A stretch of 64,000 nucleotides of DNA from NCBI GenBank assembly GCA_963796455.1, contig CAWCLO010000001.1:320001-384000 (forward strand). The letters run 5' to 3'. The position numbers were made by a program, and so were the translations under genes. Each line of letters begins with the position of its first letter. Position 1 is the first letter of the stretch. Origin of the DNA: Candidatus Sulfomarinibacteraceae bacterium (lineage in GTDB: Bacteria > Acidobacteriota > Thermoanaerobaculia > Thermoanaerobaculales > Sulfomarinibacteraceae). This document shows, in pieces, positions 18,189 to 28,766 of this stretch. The notes beneath the pieces were generated by a model that searched no databases, was not told the origin of the DNA, and was given only the letters and a program-made list of their open reading frames with translations.

Positions 18189-20813
18189 GTGAATAGCTTC
18201 GAATCGGCAGCTGTTGAGCGGTTTTTCGACACCTCTCTGGAGTACGAGCGTCTGCTCGCCGGAATTTCCCACAGTTTCCTCGCAATGAACGCAAATAACC
18301 TCGAGCGCGGCGTCGAGGAAGCTCTCCGCGAAATCTGCCAGACCGTCGATGCCGGTCATGGGTCTTTTCTGGAAATCGCCTCTGACGGGTTGCGGGTTGA
18401 TTCAATCCACAGTTATGACAACGGAGGTGGAAAGTGGCACCCGGATGCCCTCTTCAACCTCACGTTGCGGGAGTACCAGTGGCTACGGGAGCAACTCCGC
18501 ACTCAGCCCATGTTCCACATCGAAGGCATCGAGGAGTTTCCGTCCCACGCCATCGCTGAACAGAATCTGTTTCGGATTCACCGCATCGGTTCGCTGGCCT
18601 GTGTCCCCTTCATCAAGGACGACAGTCTCTGCGGATTTGCGTGCTTCACCCTCGCACCGGGCACGAAGCGCTGGGCCCCCGATGAACTCCGATTGATGCG
18701 CGCGGCGACCCAGAGTGTCGGCGCCGCGATTCACCGGCTCCGGGCGGACCTCGAGTTGGAGTCGAACCGCGAATGGCTTGATCTCGCCCAGTTGGCGGGG
18801 CGCAGCACGGTCTGGGAATGGCATCCCAAGGACGACACGCTGATCTTCTCCAGTTCCACCGCTGAAGTTTTTGGCTTTGATCGAAAGCTGATGCCGCGGA
18901 CCAGCAGCCAGCTCCTCGAATTCGTTCCAGCCGCCGATCGTGAGTCCTTTATCGAAAACTTCACCGAGATCATGAAGACCGGTGACAATTTTTCGATCGA
19001 ACACCGATTCAATGTCCCACGGCTCGGCATCGTCTGGATCTTGATTAGAGGCGAGGTGCATACGGGGCCCGACGGCCGCGCCGAACGAGTGGTCGGAGTT
19101 TCGGCCGATATCACCGAACGTAAAACGGCCGAGTACGAATTGCAGCACCTCAAGGAGCGGGCACAGGTCACGCTCGCCGCAATCGGCGACGGTGTGGTTC
19201 GTACCGACGCCGGCGGCCGGATCGACTATCTCAATCCCTCCGCCGAAGAACTGCTCGGTGTCCGCTTTGCTCAGGTCAGAGGCCAGGAACTCTCCAGGTT
19301 CTACAACGTGATCTGCGAAGAGACCCTCAAACCGCAAAAAAATGTCGTCCGACAGTGTCTTGCCGGTCGCCACCGCGTCGAACCGGCCGCAGGGTCTCTG
19401 CTGATTCGGGCTGGCGAATCGAGAATCCCCATCCGCCAGAACGCTTCACCGATTTTTGATGTCGACGGCGAACTGGTCGGCGCGGTCCTGGTCCTCACCG
19501 ATGTTTCGCAACTTCGCACCCTGCAAAAACGGATGAGCCACCTCGCGACCCACGATCCCCTGACGGGACTCATCAACCGGCGCGAATTCGAGCTCCGGCT
19601 GGGGCAGGCGATTGCTGAAGCCAATCAAGGCGATCGCCGCTTCGCGTTGTGTTATCTCGATCTCGATGAATTCAAGGTCGTCAACGACACCTGTGGGCAC
19701 GGCGCCGGAGACAGTCTTTTACGTGAGCTCACGTCGGTCCTCGATGCCGTCGTTCAAAACGATGACACCCTCGCCCGACTCGGCGGCGACGAATTCGGAA
19801 TGCTGCTCGCGGATTGTGATCTCGACCACGCAGCACGACATGCACAGGAAGTCATTGATGCAGTCCGGCAATATCGATTCCAATGGAACGACCGGGTTTT
19901 TGAAATCGCCGCGAGCATCGGGATCGTACCGATCGAGGGCGGCAACAACAATCTGGCAGAACTCTTGAGCGCAGCCGATTCCGCCTGCTATGTGGCGAAG
20001 GGGCGAGGACGCAACGAAATTCACGTCTCGAAGACGGACGACCACGAGATTGCGACCCGCCACACCGAGATGCGCTGGGTCGAACGCATCAACCGGGCGC
20101 TCGCCGAAGATCGGTTCTGCCTCTTCAAACAGCCGATCATGCCTCTTCAAAACAGCCAAGGTCCGGAATTCAACGAGATCCTGTTGCGCCTACAGGATGC
20201 CCAGGGCAGCATCGTCGCGCCGAGCCAGTTCATCGGTGCCGCGGAACGATACCGATTGATGCCGGTCATTGATTTGTGGGTGGTCGGTGCCGCGCTCGAC
20301 TTGATCGGCAGCCTCGGCGGCGAAACCGACAAACCCTCTCCGGCATTCACGATCAATCTTTCCGGACAGAGCTTTGGCAACACCGACCTCAAGCGGCTGA
20401 TCCTCGACAGCCTCGATCGCCTCGAGATTCCACCGCAAATGGTGTTGTTCGAGATCACTGAAACCGCAGCAATCTCGAACCTCTCTCAAGCCATCGAGTT
20501 CATGCGCTCACTCCGGGACCGTGGCTGCCGTTTTGTCCTCGATGATTTTGGTAGCGGACTCTCTTCATTCAGATATCTCAAGAGTCTCGACGTCGAGTTC
20601 CTCAAGATCGATGGCGAATTGGTGCGTGAGATCGCCTCCGACCCCATCCAGCGTGAAATGGTGGCGGCGATCCATCGAATCGGTGAATCGATGGGGATCC
20701 AGACCATCGGAGAATGGGTCGAAAACTCAGAGATCGAACGAACTCTCACCGATATTGGAGTCGACTACGCACAGGGCTTTGGCGTCGGCCGACCGGTTCC
20801 ATTCTTAGGTTGA
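18189..20813 (+). CDS. GAF-PAS-PAS-GGDEF-EAL diguanylate cyclase/phosphodiesterase
   Basis: HDPLTGLINRR, DLDEFK.VND, RLGGDEF, EILLR, LDDFGSG, LKID; true start probably GTG 18189 (upstream part of ORF is antisense to UbiD). Confidence 0.9.
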   Translation: MNSFESAAVERFFDTSLEYERLLAGISHSFLAMNANNLERGVEEALREICQTVDAGHGSFLEIASDGLRVDSIHSYDNGGGKWHPDALFNLTLREYQWLREQLRTQPMFHIEGIEEFPSHAIAEQNLFRIHRIGSLACVPFIKDDSLCGFACFTLAPGTKRWAPDELRLMRAATQSVGAAIHRLRADLELESNREWLDLAQLAGRSTVWEWHPKDDTLIFSSSTAEVFGFDRKLMPRTSSQLLEFVPAADRESFIENFTEIMKTGDNFSIEHRFNVPRLGIVWILIRGEVHTGPDGRAERVVGVSADITERKTAEYELQHLKERAQVTLAAIGDGVVRTDAGGRIDYLNPSAEELLGVRFAQVRGQELSRFYNVICEETLKPQKNVVRQCLAGRHRVEPAAGSLLIRAGESRIPIRQNASPIFDVDGELVGAVLVLTDVSQLRTLQKRMSHLATHDPLTGLINRREFELRLGQAIAEANQGDRRFALCYLDLDEFKVVNDTCGHGAGDSLLRELTSVLDAVVQNDDTLARLGGDEFGMLLADCDLDHAARHAQEVIDAVRQYRFQWNDRVFEIAASIGIVPIEGGNNNLAELLSAADSACYVAKGRGRNEIHVSKTDDHEIATRHTEMRWVERINRALAEDRFCLFKQPIMPLQNSQGPEFNEILLRLQDAQGSIVAPSQFIGAAERYRLMPVIDLWVVGAALDLIGSLGGETDKPSPAFTINLSGQSFGNTDLKRLILDSLDRLEIPPQMVLFEITETAAISNLSQAIEFMRSLRDRGCRFVLDDFGSGLSSFRYLKSLDVEFLKIDGELVREIASDPIQREMVAAIHRIGESMGIQTIGEWVENSEIERTLTDIGVDYAQGFGVGRPVPFLG

Positions 20814-20952
20814 TGCGTTACGCCGCAGCGCGGCATTTCCAACATGCCCCGAACCGGCAACAGCTCACCGACCGGCAATTCTCGAAACTCTCTGAATAAG
20901 TGAAAGCCTATTACTTTGAACACCTTGGACCACCAAGAGAAAAGTGCTTTCC

Positions 20953-20981
20953 TTGACATAGTTGCCGCAGTGCGGTACACC
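20953..20981 (+). promoter_or_regulatory. Sigma70-type promoter with palindromic operator in the spacer
   Basis: TTGACA-17 bp-TACACC; CCGCA-G-TGCGG palindrome at 20965-20975. Confidence 0.6.
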
Positions 20982-21041
20982 CTAATAAGGCATCAACGAT
21001 CGGCATCTTGCCCATCTCAAAGGCCACAATGGAGTGAAATA

Positions 21042-21500
21042 ATGATCCGACTCATCAAACGCTACGGTAGCCGCAAGCTCTACGACACCGAAGAGAGCCG
21101 CTACGTATCGCTCGACGAACTCGCGGGGTGGATCCGAACTGGTCAACAGATCCGGGTTATCGACAACAAGACCTCCGACGACGTCACATCCCAGACCCTG
21201 ACACAGATCATCTCCGAAGAGGGACGCAAAGGAACCGCCCTGCTGCCCAACGAGCTTCTCCACGAACTCATTCGAATTGGCGAGCAGGCCGTCTCGACCG
21301 GCGTCGAACAGCTGCAGACAAAAATGGACCGACTCGTGCAGGCCTCCATCGACCGTATCGGCCCCGTCCGCCGAGCTCGAGAAGAAATGTCTCGTCTGCG
21401 CGAACGTCTCGGGGACCTTGAAGCATCACTCGCGTCGATCGACACCGACCGTCAGGAGAGCGACGTCACGCCGCCGGATGACGAGGAGAAAAAAGATTAA
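21042..21500 (+). CDS. PhaR-like polyhydroxyalkanoate-synthesis regulator (DNA-binding domain plus coiled coil)
   Basis: IKRYGSRKLYDTEESRYVSL...VIDNKTSDDVTSQTLTQII. Confidence 0.85.
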   Translation: MIRLIKRYGSRKLYDTEESRYVSLDELAGWIRTGQQIRVIDNKTSDDVTSQTLTQIISEEGRKGTALLPNELLHELIRIGEQAVSTGVEQLQTKMDRLVQASIDRIGPVRRAREEMSRLRERLGDLEASLASIDTDRQESDVTPPDDEEKKD

Positions 21501-22692
21501 AATCGGCCTCGCCCTTGCCGGTGGCGGTCCGGAAGGATCGATCTACGAAATCGGTGCGGTGCGCGCGCTCGATGAGGCGATCGAGGGCATCGACCTGAAT
21601 GACCTCGATGTCTATGTCGGGGTCAGCGCCGGCGCTTTCATCACCTCGTGTCTCGCGAACAATCTGACCACCGGCCAGATGTGCAGGGCCATCGTCAAGC
21701 ACGAGCCCGGAGAACATCCATTCGTGCCTGAGAACTTCCTCACCCCGGCGGTCGGAAGTATGTTCCGCAGCGGCCTCAAGGTCCCAAGACTTCTGGTCGA
21801 AGCGGTTCGCGACATGGTTCTGCACCCCTCGGAAACCACTCTATTCGAGCCTATGACCAGGTTGTCGCGGGCGCTCCCGGTCGGACTTTTCAAAAATGAA
21901 CCCATCCGCTCCTACCTCGAGAATATTTTCCGCAAACCCGGTCGAACCAACGATTTCCGGGAGTTGCGGCGCAAGCTCGTGGTCGTGGCCACCGATCTGG
22001 ATTCCGGTCGACCGGTGTGCTTCGGAGAGCCCGGGCTCGATCACATTCCCATTTCCGTCGCCGTCCAGGCTTCAACGGCCCTCCCGGGGCTCTACCCGCC
22101 GGTCCTGATCGAAGGCCGCCATTACGTCGACGGCGTTCTGCTCAAGACGGTGCACGCATCCGTCGCACTCGACGAAGGTGCCGATCTCGTCTTGTGCGTC
22201 AACCCTATCGTTCCGGTCGACACGATCCGATCGGTGGAGATGGGCGTCATGCGGCGCGGTCAACTCATCGACCGCGGGCTGCCGACCGTGCTCGCTCAGA
22301 CCTTCCGCACCATGATTCACTCACGGATGGGGATTGGCCTGGCGGCTTATGAAAGCCGTTATTCCGACAAAGACGTTCTGGTTATCGAGCCCCGCCGCGA
22401 CGACTACCACATGTTCTTCAGCAACGTGTTTTCTTTTTCGAACCGAAAAAAGGTGTGCGAACACGCGTACAACAGCACCCGGCAAAAGCTGTGGCGAAAT
22501 CGCCGCCGTATCGCGCCGATTCTCGAAAGCCACGGGCTCAGGCTCCGCACCGAGGTTCTGGAAGGGGAACGCGATCTGTGGGAGTCGGTGGATCTGAACC
22601 GAAAACGCCGTCCATCCAGCTCGTATCTCAAAGACCGGCTCGACAAGGCCCTGTCTCGGATCGAAAGCCTGGTGGCCGAGCAGACTTCCTGA
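21478..22692 (+). CDS. Patatin-like phospholipase/esterase
   Basis: LALAGGG, GVSAG nucleophile motif, ASTALPG, YVDG. Confidence 0.85.
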   Translation: MTRRKKIKIGLALAGGGPEGSIYEIGAVRALDEAIEGIDLNDLDVYVGVSAGAFITSCLANNLTTGQMCRAIVKHEPGEHPFVPENFLTPAVGSMFRSGLKVPRLLVEAVRDMVLHPSETTLFEPMTRLSRALPVGLFKNEPIRSYLENIFRKPGRTNDFRELRRKLVVVATDLDSGRPVCFGEPGLDHIPISVAVQASTALPGLYPPVLIEGRHYVDGVLLKTVHASVALDEGADLVLCVNPIVPVDTIRSVEMGVMRRGQLIDRGLPTVLAQTFRTMIHSRMGIGLAAYESRYSDKDVLVIEPRRDDYHMFFSNVFSFSNRKKVCEHAYNSTRQKLWRNRRRIAPILESHGLRLRTEVLEGERDLWESVDLNRKRRPSSSYLKDRLDKALSRIESLVAEQTS

Positions 22693-22728
22693 CCCCCTCG
22701 GCCCCTACCCCGAAAAGAAAACAGAATC

Positions 22729-23079
22729 ATGGAGACCCAGATGGATCAACCTACCTATAGCTTCGTCTATGACCGGAAAACGGCCGATCAGGGCTTCCAC
22801 GGTATCGGAGTGACCAAGCTCGTCCTGTCCCTGCTGGCGGGCATCAGACCCTTTCAGACCTGGGAGAACTGCCTGGTCTATGAAGGCCAGAGCCCCCATG
22901 GCGCGGCGACCGTTTGTATCGGCATGCAAGGCCCCGGAGCCGACACGCTGCAACTGCAACTGGTCGAGGCGTTCGAAAACCAGGGAGTGCAGGTGATCGA
23001 GGTTTACGAGGGCGGTCCTCCACCGACGAATGAGATCGCTGTGGCAGTCAACGGCACGTGGTCCGAGCCCTCGGTTTAA
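22729..23079 (+). CDS. Hypothetical protein
   Basis: 116-aa ORF filling the gap, protein-like composition. Confidence 0.55.
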   Translation: METQMDQPTYSFVYDRKTADQGFHGIGVTKLVLSLLAGIRPFQTWENCLVYEGQSPHGAATVCIGMQGPGADTLQLQLVEAFENQGVQVIEVYEGGPPPTNEIAVAVNGTWSEPSV

Positions 23080-23855
23080 CGATCCGGATTCATCAAAGCA
23101 AAGAGATCTGCTGCAAGATCGGGGTTGAGCTCTCTGAGCAGTTCGTACTGGACCATGGCTCCTTCGCGGTCTTCCTGGTAGAGCCTTGCCAGACCGACTC
23201 CATAGACTGCGCGGGAGTTCTCCGGTTCGATCTCGACCACGGCCTCGAAGGCCTGTAGTGCCTGAGCGTAGAGCCTCAGGTGGTAGCGAGCGACTCCGAG
23301 GCACAACAGCGCTCGGACGTCGTTCGGATCAACCGTCACGGCGCGCCAACATGCATCTGCCGAATCTTCGTGACGGCCGAGTTGAGCGTAGACGACGCCG
23401 AGTTCTACCAGCGCTGCTCCAAGATTCGAATCCCGCACCGCGGCGCGAGCGAAGAGCGTAGCCGCAGCATCGAGACGACCCTGTTGTTTGGCCAACAATC
23501 CCATTGAGAAGAGAGTCGCCGCATCATCAGGTTTGATGGCGAGAGCCTTCTCGTATGCGGATTGCGCATCATCAAATCGACCCAGAGAGGCGGCGGCGGT
23601 TCCCATTCCAAGACTGGCCTGGTACCGAAGCTCAGATGTGGATGCGCGCTCGAGTGCCCATTCGAAATGTCGGTACGCCTTCTCGAACTCACCCTGGTTC
23701 ATTGATACGAGCCCTGCCTTGAGCTGATCGAGGGCCGGAGCGGATCCGCGCCCGACCGATCCCTCGTCCGTCTCCTGCGCGATCACCGGCGTCACCAGGG
23801 CCCATACGAGCATCAGCGAGCACAATACTTTCGCTGTCATCCATCTCGGAATCAT
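23076..23855 (-). CDS. Secreted tetratricopeptide repeat protein
   Basis: Signal peptide then multiple TPR motifs; start uncertain (23855 or 23840). Confidence 0.8.
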   Translation of the reverse strand: MIPRWMTAKVLCSLMLVWALVTPVIAQETDEGSVGRGSAPALDQLKAGLVSMNQGEFEKAYRHFEWALERASTSELRYQASLGMGTAAASLGRFDDAQSAYEKALAIKPDDAATLFSMGLLAKQQGRLDAAATLFARAAVRDSNLGAALVELGVVYAQLGRHEDSADACWRAVTVDPNDVRALLCLGVARYHLRLYAQALQAFEAVVEIEPENSRAVYGVGLARLYQEDREGAMVQYELLRELNPDLAADLFALMNPDR

Positions 23856-24031
23856 CCATTGGCTCCTTCCAACCCATCTTACCCGACAGACCGCCCGGTT
23901 TCTGACCAACCGGACCCCAAGGTGCGTCGTAAACCCCCTATCGACTGCAACTTTGCCTCGATTATTGCGTATAGGCTACGGCAGACGCAAGCGACGAGCA
24001 CCACAAAAAAAACTCTCCGGGAGACTCAACG

Positions 24032-25267
24032 ATGATCGATTTCAGGGCTTTGAAAACCGGGTTCCGAACGAGCATTTTCGCCTGGATCGTCCTTTTCTCT
24101 CTTTTCCTCACATCTGCGGTCTCGGCGAACGATGCACCGCGCACGGTCGTTCTCGGGGAGGTTCAGGGAGCGTTCAACACGACAACATCATTGCTGCAAA
24201 AACTCGATTTGATCGACCAGAATCTCCATTGGTCGGGCGGCGAGACGGTGCTGGTGCAAACCGGGGATCTCGTGGATGGCGGCGAAGGAGTGCGCGCGAC
24301 CCTCGACCTTTTCATGAGACTGCAGACGGAGGCCGAGGCAGCGGGCGGGCGAGTCGTGGTTCTCATGGGCAATCACGAAATCATGAATATCATGAGGGAA
24401 TTCAAGTCGGTCAACTATATGGCCTACGCCACCTTTGCCGGTCCCGATGCCGAGCAGCGACAGAAAGAGCTCTATGCCGAGTATGTCGCCTGGCGGCAGC
24501 GCCGAGCCAAAGAAACTGGAACCGGGGCCTTTGCCCCGAGCGAAGACTTCAAGGCGGACTACTTTGCCACCCATCCTCCCGGTTGGGCCGAGTACGCCGA
24601 GATGATGGCTCCGAGCGGGATCTACGGCAGGTGGATGCGGGCTCTGCCTGTCGCCTATCGCGCCGGCGACGTGCTCTTTATTCACGCGGGTATCGGCCCA
24701 GAAATGAAGGGCGTCGATGTCGACTCGATGAACCAAAGGGCCGCCGCAGAGATCGCGGCCTTCGACAAAGACACCGCGTTGATGGTTTCAGAGGGCCTCT
24801 GTCTCACGACGCATTCGGTCCGCGATATGGCGAAGGTGGTTCAGGGTGAGATCGAGTACGTCAACTCGCTCAATGACAAACGCAGAAACAGAGGCAATCA
24901 GCGCGTCGCGCGATTGATGGAGATTCAAGAGCTCACCAGGGTCGCTTCGTGGTCGGTTCTCGACGACGATGGTCCGCTGTGGTTCAAGGGCCCGTCGGAG
25001 TGGAGTGAATCGGAGAAGGGCCCAGAAATGGAGTCGATCCTCGACGCCGGCGGAATCGAGAGGATGGTCACCGGTCAATCCAACGGCGGCGAAATGCGGA
25101 TCAAGACCCGTTTCGATGATCGGGTCGTCCTGACTTCGGTCAATCTGGCTGACGGTGCCTACTCGGGTGGCGGAAAACCAGCGGCACTCGAAATCGACGA
25201 CGGTGTCTACTCGGTTGTCACATCCGACAGCAGGGACGTTTTGCTGAAATCGAAAGAAGGGGGCTGA
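24032..25267 (+). CDS. Secreted calcineurin-like (Shewanella-like phosphatase type) metallophosphoesterase with degenerate metal ligands
   Basis: GEVQG, QTGDLVDGG, LMGNHE, FIHAG, GPLWF, VTGQS. Confidence 0.75.
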   Translation: MIDFRALKTGFRTSIFAWIVLFSLFLTSAVSANDAPRTVVLGEVQGAFNTTTSLLQKLDLIDQNLHWSGGETVLVQTGDLVDGGEGVRATLDLFMRLQTEAEAAGGRVVVLMGNHEIMNIMREFKSVNYMAYATFAGPDAEQRQKELYAEYVAWRQRRAKETGTGAFAPSEDFKADYFATHPPGWAEYAEMMAPSGIYGRWMRALPVAYRAGDVLFIHAGIGPEMKGVDVDSMNQRAAAEIAAFDKDTALMVSEGLCLTTHSVRDMAKVVQGEIEYVNSLNDKRRNRGNQRVARLMEIQELTRVASWSVLDDDGPLWFKGPSEWSESEKGPEMESILDAGGIERMVTGQSNGGEMRIKTRFDDRVVLTSVNLADGAYSGGGKPAALEIDDGVYSVVTSDSRDVLLKSKEGG

Positions 25268-25290
25268 CGCGAGACTGATCGGTCAGCAAA

Positions 25291-25324
25291 GAAAAAGCGA
25301 GGGCCGCGGGCCCTCGCTTTGTTT
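25291..25324. terminator. Bidirectional intrinsic terminator
   Basis: AAAGCGAGGGCC-GCG-GGCCCTCGCTTT between convergent genes, A/T tracts on both sides. Confidence 0.8.
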
Positions 25325-25340
25325 GAACGAAGTCAAGAAA

Positions 25341-25901
25341 TCACTCGTGGACCGACTCCATCAGGTCTTCGATCCCGGGCAGATCGTCCATTTTCGAGAG
25401 CAACCTCCCCAATAAAACAGGATCAATGTCACCGACAAGATTGGCCAGAACCAACTCGTCGCCGTCGCTGTTGACCAGACCTGTCAGACCCACGATCTTA
25501 CCGCCGCTCTCGAGGGCGAAGAGATAAACCATGGTCTCATCGTCGTTGACCTTCAAAATCCGTTGCCAACCCAAATTCGTGAGTTGATCGACGGCATCGG
25601 AAATGCTGTTGCCTATCATGGTCTGATCAGCCTTTTGCGGTGAACCGACCTGAACTCGAACTCTTTCGAGAGATGCCACCAGCTTTCCGAGGTCGGCATC
25701 AACCTCACCGTTCTCGCCCTGCATGGCTCCTGCCGCAACCTGCAGCATCGCTCCGTGAAGATCGATATCAACCTCCAACTCCCCCTGGGCCATGATTCCC
25801 ATTTCTTCGATCGGGAAAAACCCGGGATGATTGGTCTGGGCATCGACGGCCCCACAGAGCAACAAAAGCACCACGCCTACGATTAGACTCATCCTTTTCA
25901 T
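25341..25901 (-). CDS. DUF4252-like exported protein
   Basis: Signal peptide; LERVRV...GWQRILKVND...LVLANLVGDIDP; typical ECF-operon position. Confidence 0.7.
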   Translation of the reverse strand: MKRMSLIVGVVLLLLCGAVDAQTNHPGFFPIEEMGIMAQGELEVDIDLHGAMLQVAAGAMQGENGEVDADLGKLVASLERVRVQVGSPQKADQTMIGNSISDAVDQLTNLGWQRILKVNDDETMVYLFALESGGKIVGLTGLVNSDGDELVLANLVGDIDPVLLGRLLSKMDDLPGIEDLMESVHE

Positions 25902-26503
25902 GACGAACTCCCTTCAATATCCGGTTTTTTTGTCGGAACCGGGGGCACCTTGCCGCCTCCGCTCCCACCGGCCCACTGCAATGAACGCGAAACGCTCCGA
26001 ATCGTCGTCGCCACGGCATCGTCCTCGATCACCCGCGCCCGGGCCACGCGCTCGGCGCGGCGGGTCATGTCCGCCACATACGCCAATGCCAGGCGGGCTT
26101 CCGCCGCAGCCCGCTCGGCCTCCATTTGACTGACCGTGGGTTGCGGGGCCCGGTTCCACAGCGACACGACCAACAACAACACTGCTGCCGCTACAGCAAC
26201 AGCAATTTTCGGACCGTGGCGAAACAACCCGCCGGTAACGAATCGACCCGAAACCGACGGCGCATCGTTTCGGGTCGCCCGTTCGACTTCGGACAGCAGG
26301 GTCTCGGGGAGGTCGAGCATGGGCAGAGCCCTCAGCTGAGCCCGAATCTCCTCGGAGTGTCGCCGTTCGGCGGCGCAATCGGCACAGCTTTCGAGATGGG
26401 CCTCGACAGCAGCTGTCTCCGTCGCCCCCAGCTCACCATCAATCAGGCTTTCGATTACTTTGATGATCTCGATACAGCTGACCGAATCAACAAACGGCGA
26501 CAT
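25898..26503 (-). CDS. Zinc-finger (zf-HC2) membrane anti-sigma factor
   Basis: C...LIDGEL...HLESCADC, one TM helix, downstream of ECF sigma. Confidence 0.85.
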   Translation of the reverse strand: MSPFVDSVSCIEIIKVIESLIDGELGATETAAVEAHLESCADCAAERRHSEEIRAQLRALPMLDLPETLLSEVERATRNDAPSVSGRFVTGGLFRHGPKIAVAVAAAVLLLVVSLWNRAPQPTVSQMEAERAAAEARLALAYVADMTRRAERVARARVIEDDAVATTIRSVSRSLQWAGGSGGGKVPPVPTKKPDIEGSSS

Positions 26504-27017
26504 GATCGACCACCTCCTCGAGTTCTTGTCGGAGTTTTCGCCTGCCGCGGTGGAGGCTGACCCGGACGGTGCTGATCGGGATCCGCAACACCTCGGAAAT
26601 TTCCTGATAGGGCAAACCGTGAACCTCGCGCAGGATCACGATGCTTCGTTGTGGCTCGGCCAGACGTTGCAAAGCGACGATGATCCGGTGGCCGAGTTGG
26701 GAAGCCTGGGCCAGCCTTTCCGGTCCAGGCGAGACCAATTCCTGCTCACCGTGATGTCTCGCGGCTACCACTTCCAGCGGGGCGACTGTTTTTCGACGTC
26801 GAATGAGGTCGATGCAGGCGTTCCGCGTGACCCGCAGAAGCCACGCTCCGATGCGCTCTGTGGCCACCTCGTCGCCCCGCCGCCACAGCCGAATCAGAAC
26901 TTCCTGAGTCACGTCCTCCGCCTCTCCGTGGTCACCGAGCAGATAAGCAGCCAGAGTGAAGACCCTCCTGCTGTGTTCCTGTACTGCTGCGTCGAAAACC
27001 GATCGCCTCATTCGCAT
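26487..27017 (-). CDS. ECF RNA polymerase sigma factor
   Basis: AEDVTQEVLIRLW, WLLRVTRNACID, region 4 LPYQEISEVL..TVRVSLHRGR. Confidence 0.92.
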   Translation of the reverse strand: MRMRRSVFDAAVQEHSRRVFTLAAYLLGDHGEAEDVTQEVLIRLWRRGDEVATERIGAWLLRVTRNACIDLIRRRKTVAPLEVVAARHHGEQELVSPGPERLAQASQLGHRIIVALQRLAEPQRSIVILREVHGLPYQEISEVLRIPISTVRVSLHRGRRKLRQELEEVVDHVAVC

Positions 27018-27022
27018 TGAAA

Positions 27023-27049
27023 GACGTACTCCCCCTCCAGAAAGTTACA
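27023..27049 (-). promoter_or_regulatory. Putative ECF-type autoregulatory promoter
   Basis: TGTAAC-17 nt-CGTC immediately upstream of the sigma ATG. Confidence 0.55.
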
Positions 27050-27228
27050 CCCCGACCGAAACCGGAGAACGAAAAACCCGTATTTCAAGAGGGAATTAGC
27101 CGATATGCAATCCTCCCGACGAGTCTCTCCGGAGATCGGATCCAGTCGGCCGGCGTCCGATGCCGGCCCGAATTTCTTGTCGCCGCCGGGCGACGTCCGG
27201 GCCCCAGTTGCCCGAAAGGAGACCAAAT

Positions 27229-28707
27229 ATGAAGACCCCGAAAACCGTGTTGTCAATTGTTGCGGTGGCCTGCCTCGGGCTTGTCGCCTGCGGCGGATCC
27301 CACCACCCCGAGACGAGCGCTTCGGCTGAGAAAATCGAGATCACGACCTCATCCGAGGCGGCTCGAGAGTCCTTTCTCAAAGGCCGAAAGCTGCTCGAGG
27401 ATCTGAGGTTCACCGATGCCAATGAGCACTTTCAGGCCGCGGTCGAAACCGATCCTGATTTTGCATCGGCATGGGTCGGGGTCGCCAACACCTCCGCCAG
27501 CGCCCCCGAATTCTTTGCCGCCATGCGCCACGCCATCGATCACATGGAGGGCGCCAGTGAAGGCGAAAAAATGCAGATCCGGGCCTTCGAAGCAGCGGTC
27601 AACGGCGAACCGGAGATCCAGCTTGCCCAGATTCAGGCCCTGGTCGAAGCATTTCCAAATGACGAAAGAGCCCACAACGCGATGGCCGCCTATCATTTTG
27701 GCCGACAAGAGTATGATTCGGCGATCGCCGAGTACCGCGCCGCCATCGCCATCGATCCGACTTATGCTCCTCCCTACAATCAGCTCGGATACGCGCTTCG
27801 TTCGATCGGAGACTATGCCGGCGCCGAAGAGGCTTTTGTCCGTTATACCGAACTCATTCCCGACCAACCCAATCCATATGATTCCTATGCCGAATTGCTG
27901 ATGAAAACAGGTCGTTTCGACGACTCCATCAGCCAGTATCAAAAGGCCCTCGAGATCAACCCGAATTTCGTCGCGTCCTATGTTGGTATCGCCAACAACC
28001 AGATGCTGATGGGCGAAACCGAGGCGGCACGATCGACGCTCGCGCGGCTCGAGGGTGCGGCGCGAAATGACGGCGAACGACGGCAGGCGTGCACCTGGTC
28101 AGCCGCAAGTTATTTGTACGACGGTGAATTCGATCAAGCTCTGGCCGAGGTCAAGCGGCGCTACGAGATCGCCAAAGCAACGGAAGACAACCCCGCCATG
28201 TCCGCCGACCTCAACCTCCAGGGAAATATTCTGCTCCGTGCCGGTCGAACCGACGGGGCTGAAACGGCATTCAAGACGAGTGTGGATCTCATGCTCGCAT
28301 CGGATGCGACCGATGAGGTCAAAGCTGCGACCGAACGAAATCACGATTTCAATATGGCCCGGGTTGCTCTGTGGCGGGGAGACGTGGATTCGGCGACCGC
28401 GCACGCGGACACCTATCGAAAGGCTGTGGCTGAACACAACATCCGTTTCGAGGTGTTTCAACGCCATATGCTCGATGGCAGCCTGGCGCTGGCCGCGGGA
28501 GATACCGAAACTGCAATCTCGGAATTCAACCAGGCAAACCAACAGGATTCGAGGGTGTTGCTCTTGAAGGCCCAGGCTTTTGCCGCCGCGGGCAACGAGC
28601 AAGCTGCACGAGCGGCCTGCCAAGCGGTCATTGACTTCAACCAACTCGACATCAATCTTGGATTCACACGCAACAACGCTCGGAGCATTCTGGACGGGCT
28701 GTCATAG
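27229..28707 (+). CDS. TPR-containing lipoprotein
   Basis: AAGGAG RBS, lipobox LVAC, multiple TPRs. Confidence 0.85.
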   Translation: MKTPKTVLSIVAVACLGLVACGGSHHPETSASAEKIEITTSSEAARESFLKGRKLLEDLRFTDANEHFQAAVETDPDFASAWVGVANTSASAPEFFAAMRHAIDHMEGASEGEKMQIRAFEAAVNGEPEIQLAQIQALVEAFPNDERAHNAMAAYHFGRQEYDSAIAEYRAAIAIDPTYAPPYNQLGYALRSIGDYAGAEEAFVRYTELIPDQPNPYDSYAELLMKTGRFDDSISQYQKALEINPNFVASYVGIANNQMLMGETEAARSTLARLEGAARNDGERRQACTWSAASYLYDGEFDQALAEVKRRYEIAKATEDNPAMSADLNLQGNILLRAGRTDGAETAFKTSVDLMLASDATDEVKAATERNHDFNMARVALWRGDVDSATAHADTYRKAVAEHNIRFEVFQRHMLDGSLALAAGDTETAISEFNQANQQDSRVLLLKAQAFAAAGNEQAARAACQAVIDFNQLDINLGFTRNNARSILDGLS

Positions 28708-28766
28708 AATTCATTTGCATTGGAACCAGAAATCCAATAGCCCCCAGATTCCGGAGGTCAGATTCA

